From: an uncultured cyanobacterium
GTDB taxonomy: Bacteria; Cyanobacteriota; Cyanobacteriia; PCC-9006; JAAUQQ01
Assembly (NCBI GenBank): GCA_963718615.1
Contig: OY970368.1
Location: forward strand, 1,760,001-1,824,000
Direction: 5' to 3'
DNA length: 64,000 nucleotides
In this document: piece after piece, positions 60,282 to 64,000 of the stretch
Layout of the letters: each line of letters begins with the position of its first letter
How positions within the stretch are numbered: position 1 is the stretch's first letter
Notes under the pieces: model-generated
Databases searched by the model: none
What the model was told of the DNA's origin: nothing
Seen by the model: the letters and a program-made list of their open reading frames with translations, nothing else
Translations under genes and position numbers: made by a program

Positions 60282-60360
60282 AGCGTATCTATCACTAAGG
60301 TGTACGCTGACTCAGTCGAGAGCTGAAGGTATTTGAGGGTACAGCTATGGGGGTACAGCC

Positions 60361-60933
60361 ATGACGATCGCAACACCCAAACCCATCCCACTTGCAGCGT
60401 TTTTGCAGCTCGATTACATCAACGAATCGCCAGCTTGGGAATATATCAATGGGGAGGTTATCCAGAAAACCATGGGTGGTGTCAAACACAATACAGTGCA
60501 GAAACGCTTGGTCGGGGTTATTGATGGGGCCAGTCTTGATCTGGCCGAGCCCTACGAAGCCTTTCCAGAGTTACGCTGCACCCCCAACGCCCGCTCCGTC
60601 GTACCTGACATTGTTGTGATTCGACGCCACCAAATTCCCCTGGATGAAACTGGAGAACTGAGTGGCCAAGGCATTGATTTTGCACCAGATTGGGTCATTG
60701 AAGTGCTGTCTCCGGGGCAAAATCAAACCAAAGTAACCGACAACATTTTGTACTGCATTCGCCATGGCAGCCAGTTGGGCTGGTTGATTGATCCCATTGC
60801 CAGGGCAGTTTTGGTCTACCAACCCGATCGCCTACCTGAGGTTTTGAGAGAAGACGCCCTGTTACCTGTACTGGACGGACTCACCCTCCAATTGACCGCA
60901 GAACAAGTTTTCCAGTGGTTAAGACCCAACTAA
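60361..60933 (+). CDS. Uma2 family endonuclease
   Basis: WEYING, FPELRC, VPDI, APDW.IE.LSP, GWLIDP. Confidence 0.92.
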   Translation: MTIATPKPIPLAAFLQLDYINESPAWEYINGEVIQKTMGGVKHNTVQKRLVGVIDGASLDLAEPYEAFPELRCTPNARSVVPDIVVIRRHQIPLDETGELSGQGIDFAPDWVIEVLSPGQNQTKVTDNILYCIRHGSQLGWLIDPIARAVLVYQPDRLPEVLREDALLPVLDGLTLQLTAEQVFQWLRPN

Positions 60934-60999
60934 GACCCAGCTAAAACCCAATTCCATCCAGTCCTGCAACTTAATCCATCCCCTTGAGCTCCCATCCCC

Positions 61000-61809
61000 T
61001 CAAGCCCCCATCCCCGAATACTGCCGCAGCCCCTTGCGCCATAGCCAGCGGTTCAGCCCCGCAAAGAACACACACCAGCCCAGCATCACCGCAAAGCCGC
61101 GCAGAATCGCTGTCTCTAGATCGAGCAAGATCGCAGCCGGGAAATAAACCAGATAGGGAAATGGCGTCCAGAGGGCAATTTGGGCCACCAGGGGAGGAAA
61201 GATATTGAGCGGAGCAACCATGCCCGATAGAAACAGATAGAACAGGTACCAAAACTGCTCGATCGCCGTTGCCCGCTCAATCCAAAAGGCTGCCATGGCA
61301 AAGGTATATTGCACCAAAAAGCGTAGGGTAAACGCCAGCAGCAGCGACAGCACAAACAGCACCATTCGCCATCCCTGGGGCACCCACATCGCCTCGGGGT
61401 AGAGTAGCCCAAACAAAATCACGAGTCCGACAATAAAGGGCAACCGGGCAAACCGCTCGGCTAAGTGACTCAAATAGTGATGCCACCCCGGATCCAGCGG
61501 CTGCAAGAGCCGTAGCGAAAGCGTTCCCTCTACAACTTCTTTCTCAAATTCCCAGATCACCCAAATCACCGTAAACTGGCGAGCGATAAACACCACCAGA
61601 AAATAGCGGGCAAACTCAAGGGGGCTGAGGGAAAACTGACCGCTTTGGGCAGCACTGGTCCAAACCCCCAACAAAATTAGCGGTAGCGAACCCGAGAGCA
61701 TCCAGAGCAGCAGCTCGGCGCGGTATTCCACCATGTAGGCGTAGTAGACAGAGAGGAGCGATCGCCCAATGCGCCACCCGTGCTGAATTTTTTGTTGCAT
61801 CACCATCAC
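61000..61809 (-). CDS. ABC-2 type transporter permease
   Basis: Six TM segments; EG.LS..LL.P; LSG..APL. Confidence 0.88.
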   Translation of the reverse strand: MMVMQQKIQHGWRIGRSLLSVYYAYMVEYRAELLLWMLSGSLPLILLGVWTSAAQSGQFSLSPLEFARYFLVVFIARQFTVIWVIWEFEKEVVEGTLSLRLLQPLDPGWHHYLSHLAERFARLPFIVGLVILFGLLYPEAMWVPQGWRMVLFVLSLLLAFTLRFLVQYTFAMAAFWIERATAIEQFWYLFYLFLSGMVAPLNIFPPLVAQIALWTPFPYLVYFPAAILLDLETAILRGFAVMLGWCVFFAGLNRWLWRKGLRQYSGMGA

Positions 61810-62786
61810 ACTGTCCCCTGGGTAAACACCTGGCCAATCACCTCTTCAATGGGCGGATCCGTCACGCTCAAATCCACCACATCGAGCTCCGCTAAAACCT
61901 GAGACACCACCCGCGTGAGTTGATCCCTGGCCACCAGCAACCGCACCGATTGCCCTTCAACACTCTCCACCTGGCCATAGCGCGCCAAATCGGCAGCGGG
62001 ATAAGCACGCCCCAAATCCAACTGCACCGCACGGCAGGGGGCAAACCGCTCTAGCAACCCTTCCAGACTGCCATCGTAGATCAGTTGACCCTGATGAATC
62101 AGCAACACCCGCTCACACAGTGCCGTGATATCGGCCATATAGTGAGATGTCAGCAAAATCGTCGCCTGGTAGCGTTCGTTATAATCCCGCAGGAAGTCCC
62201 GCACCGCCGCCTGAGCGTTCACATCCAGTCCCAGGGTTGGCTCATCCAAAAACAGCACCGTGGGATGGTGCAACAACGCCGCCAACAGCTCTGCTTTCAT
62301 CCGTTCCCCGAGGGAAAGCTTGCGCACGGGCTGCTGGAGTTTGGCCTGGAGGGACAGCATTTCCGCCAGATCATGGATCCGCTGTTGGGCTACGACATCG
62401 CTCAAGCCATAGACCGCTGCATTGATCTTGAGCGAATCCAACGTCGGCAAATCCCAGATGAGCTGTTGTTTTTGCCCCATGACCAGACTAATTTTCTGCA
62501 AGAATGGCGTCTCACGGCGAAACGGCACCCGCCCCGCCACCCGCACCTCTCCCTCCGAAGGATGAATTAACCCCGTCAACATTTTGAGCGTTGTCGTTTT
62601 ACCCGCTCCATTGGGACCGAGGAAACCCACGACTTCTCCTGGCTCAATGTCAAACGACACCCCCCGCACCGCTTCTACGTATTTGTATTGACGTTGCAAG
62701 AAATGCTTGATAGTGCCTTTAAAACCGGGATCTTTGAAGGCTACGGGATAAACCTTCGTGAGGTTATGAACCTGAATAATCGGCAT
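61806..62786 (-). CDS. ABC transporter ATP-binding protein
   Basis: GPNGAGKTT, LSLGERMK, LFLDEPT, TSHYM. Confidence 0.93.
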   Translation of the reverse strand: MPIIQVHNLTKVYPVAFKDPGFKGTIKHFLQRQYKYVEAVRGVSFDIEPGEVVGFLGPNGAGKTTTLKMLTGLIHPSEGEVRVAGRVPFRRETPFLQKISLVMGQKQQLIWDLPTLDSLKINAAVYGLSDVVAQQRIHDLAEMLSLQAKLQQPVRKLSLGERMKAELLAALLHHPTVLFLDEPTLGLDVNAQAAVRDFLRDYNERYQATILLTSHYMADITALCERVLLIHQGQLIYDGSLEGLLERFAPCRAVQLDLGRAYPAADLARYGQVESVEGQSVRLLVARDQLTRVVSQVLAELDVVDLSVTDPPIEEVIGQVFTQGTV

Positions 62787-63265
62787 AGGGTAGCAACACC
62801 ATGGGTCTAGGACAGGGCATCAAGGAGGCTGGACTCCAACCCTTCCCCTACTCTGCCACAAATACTCTGCTAGACAAGTCTCCGTAATTCCTCGCCCCTT
62901 TAACAAGCCCATAGGGGTAGGTTTCGGCTCAGGCTCCCATTCACCTCGGACAAATCGCGCAAGTTTTGAAGCATTATGGGTCTGAATGTTAGGAAATTGG
63001 CGCAGTAAAAGTCACTTGAATCTCAAAATCTTTTAGGGTTTTTAAGGATATAAAACTGACATAATTGATAGCTACTATTCCGGACTATATGCTTTTTATC
63101 AGAAAGAACTTTATAGTAGAGTGATAACAGAGATTGCTCAGGTAAGCGCCTATTTTGCAATTGCAATCTTAAGGTCAATACCTATCGAATATTTGAGTCT
63201 AAAGCATCTAGCCTCTCCCCACCTGATTCAGACTAGATTTTCGATCGAAGCGGCATTCTTGAACT

Positions 63266-64000
63266 ATGGATTTTTCACAAAAGTCTCATGCGGACCAACT
63301 TCTCCGGCGGGGCCTTAGTCAATACAAACATCGCAATTATTCAGAAGCCTTAGGGTTTTACCAAGAAGCTCTGACCCTCTACGAATCGCTCCAAGATGAT
63401 CGCGGTCAGGCCGATGTGACCTTGGAATTGGGAACGGTGTATGCTCAACTCAAATACTATGCACCAGCGTTTGAACTGTTGCAGCGATCGCTCAAGCTCT
63501 ATCAAGCCCTCAACTGTCGCCAAGGCTGTGGCAATGCCCTTCTCTACATCGGCAATGCCTACCTAGACATGAGTCAATGTAAAAAGGCGATCGTGGCCTA
63601 TCAAGATGCGTTTCAGCATTATCAAGCGGTGGGTTGCATTACGGGAGAAGCCCAGGTTTTGAATCGACTGGGAATTGTGTATCGCAACATGGAACAGCCC
63701 GAAAAGGCGATCGCCGTCACCCAGCAAGCCCTCGAAATTCATCGCCAATCGGGGGATTCTCGACAAATGGCCAGCGCTTTAGTTTGTCTCGGCAATATTT
63801 ATTTAGCGACGGATCGCGAACACAAGGCAATTGAAATGTTTGAACAGGCCCGAGAATTGTATCGAACGGTGAGCGATCGCCACTCCGAAGCCCTATCCCT
63901 CTTCAATCTCGGCTTGGCCCATGGCCGCTTATCGCAATTTGAAGCGGCCCAAAAGTGGTTTCAATCTACGATTCGATTGGCCCAAACCATTGGTGCTATC
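63266..64000 (+). CDS. TPR repeat protein (runs off the window; possible 1-nt indel near 63300)
   Basis: Frame from ATG 63288 reads ...YSEALGFYQEAL.LY...LG.VY...A...LY...IGNAY TPR units; ATG 63266 joins it if one T is removed. Confidence 0.8.
   Translation, partial: MDFSQKSHADQLLRRGLSQYKHRNYSEALGFYQEALTLYESLQDDRGQADVTLELGTVYAQLKYYAPAFELLQRSLKLYQALNCRQGCGNALLYIGNAYLDMSQCKKAIVAYQDAFQHYQAVGCITGEAQVLNRLGIVYRNMEQPEKAIAVTQQALEIHRQSGDSRQMASALVCLGNIYLATDREHKAIEMFEQARELYRTVSDRHSEALSLFNLGLAHGRLSQFEAAQKWFQSTIRLAQTIGAI

Noticed and set aside
1-64000. Frequent GCGATCGC octamers as a novel repeat
   Set aside because: This is the known cyanobacterial HIP1 sequence.

Overview
Cyanobacterial chromosome segment, judged from abundant HIP1 octamers (GCGATCGC) and genes such as chlM, CBS-CP12, cyAbrB and NtcA-boxed amt. 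Positions 1-31.4 kb and 50-64 kb are mostly housekeeping genes, plus a toxin-antitoxin cassette cluster (54.4-56.5 kb) and a disrupted CHAT-ATPase (56.7-59.5 kb). The main finding is an ~18.5 kb prophage-like element (31502-50026; ~15.9 kb without a nested IS21) between spoIID/lytB and a GT2 glycolipid synthase. It has virion-like genes, a holin-like gene with an amidase, an HTH replication initiator with iterons, a divergent promoter/operator switch, and an IS110-family (DEDD + Ser) recombinase at its right end. The structured non-coding region in front of that recombinase (48580-48845) has three copies of one scaffold. Their variable segments match all four half-sites of the two element junctions (ttgact-TA-tcctct at 31496-31509 and agggcg-TA-tgttaa at 50019-50032), each anchored on the same TA core. 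I infer a provirus-like element that integrates and excises with an RNA-guided bridge recombinase and an unusual multi-loop bridge RNA. Sequence matches were read by eye; protein family calls come from motif recognition, not database searches.
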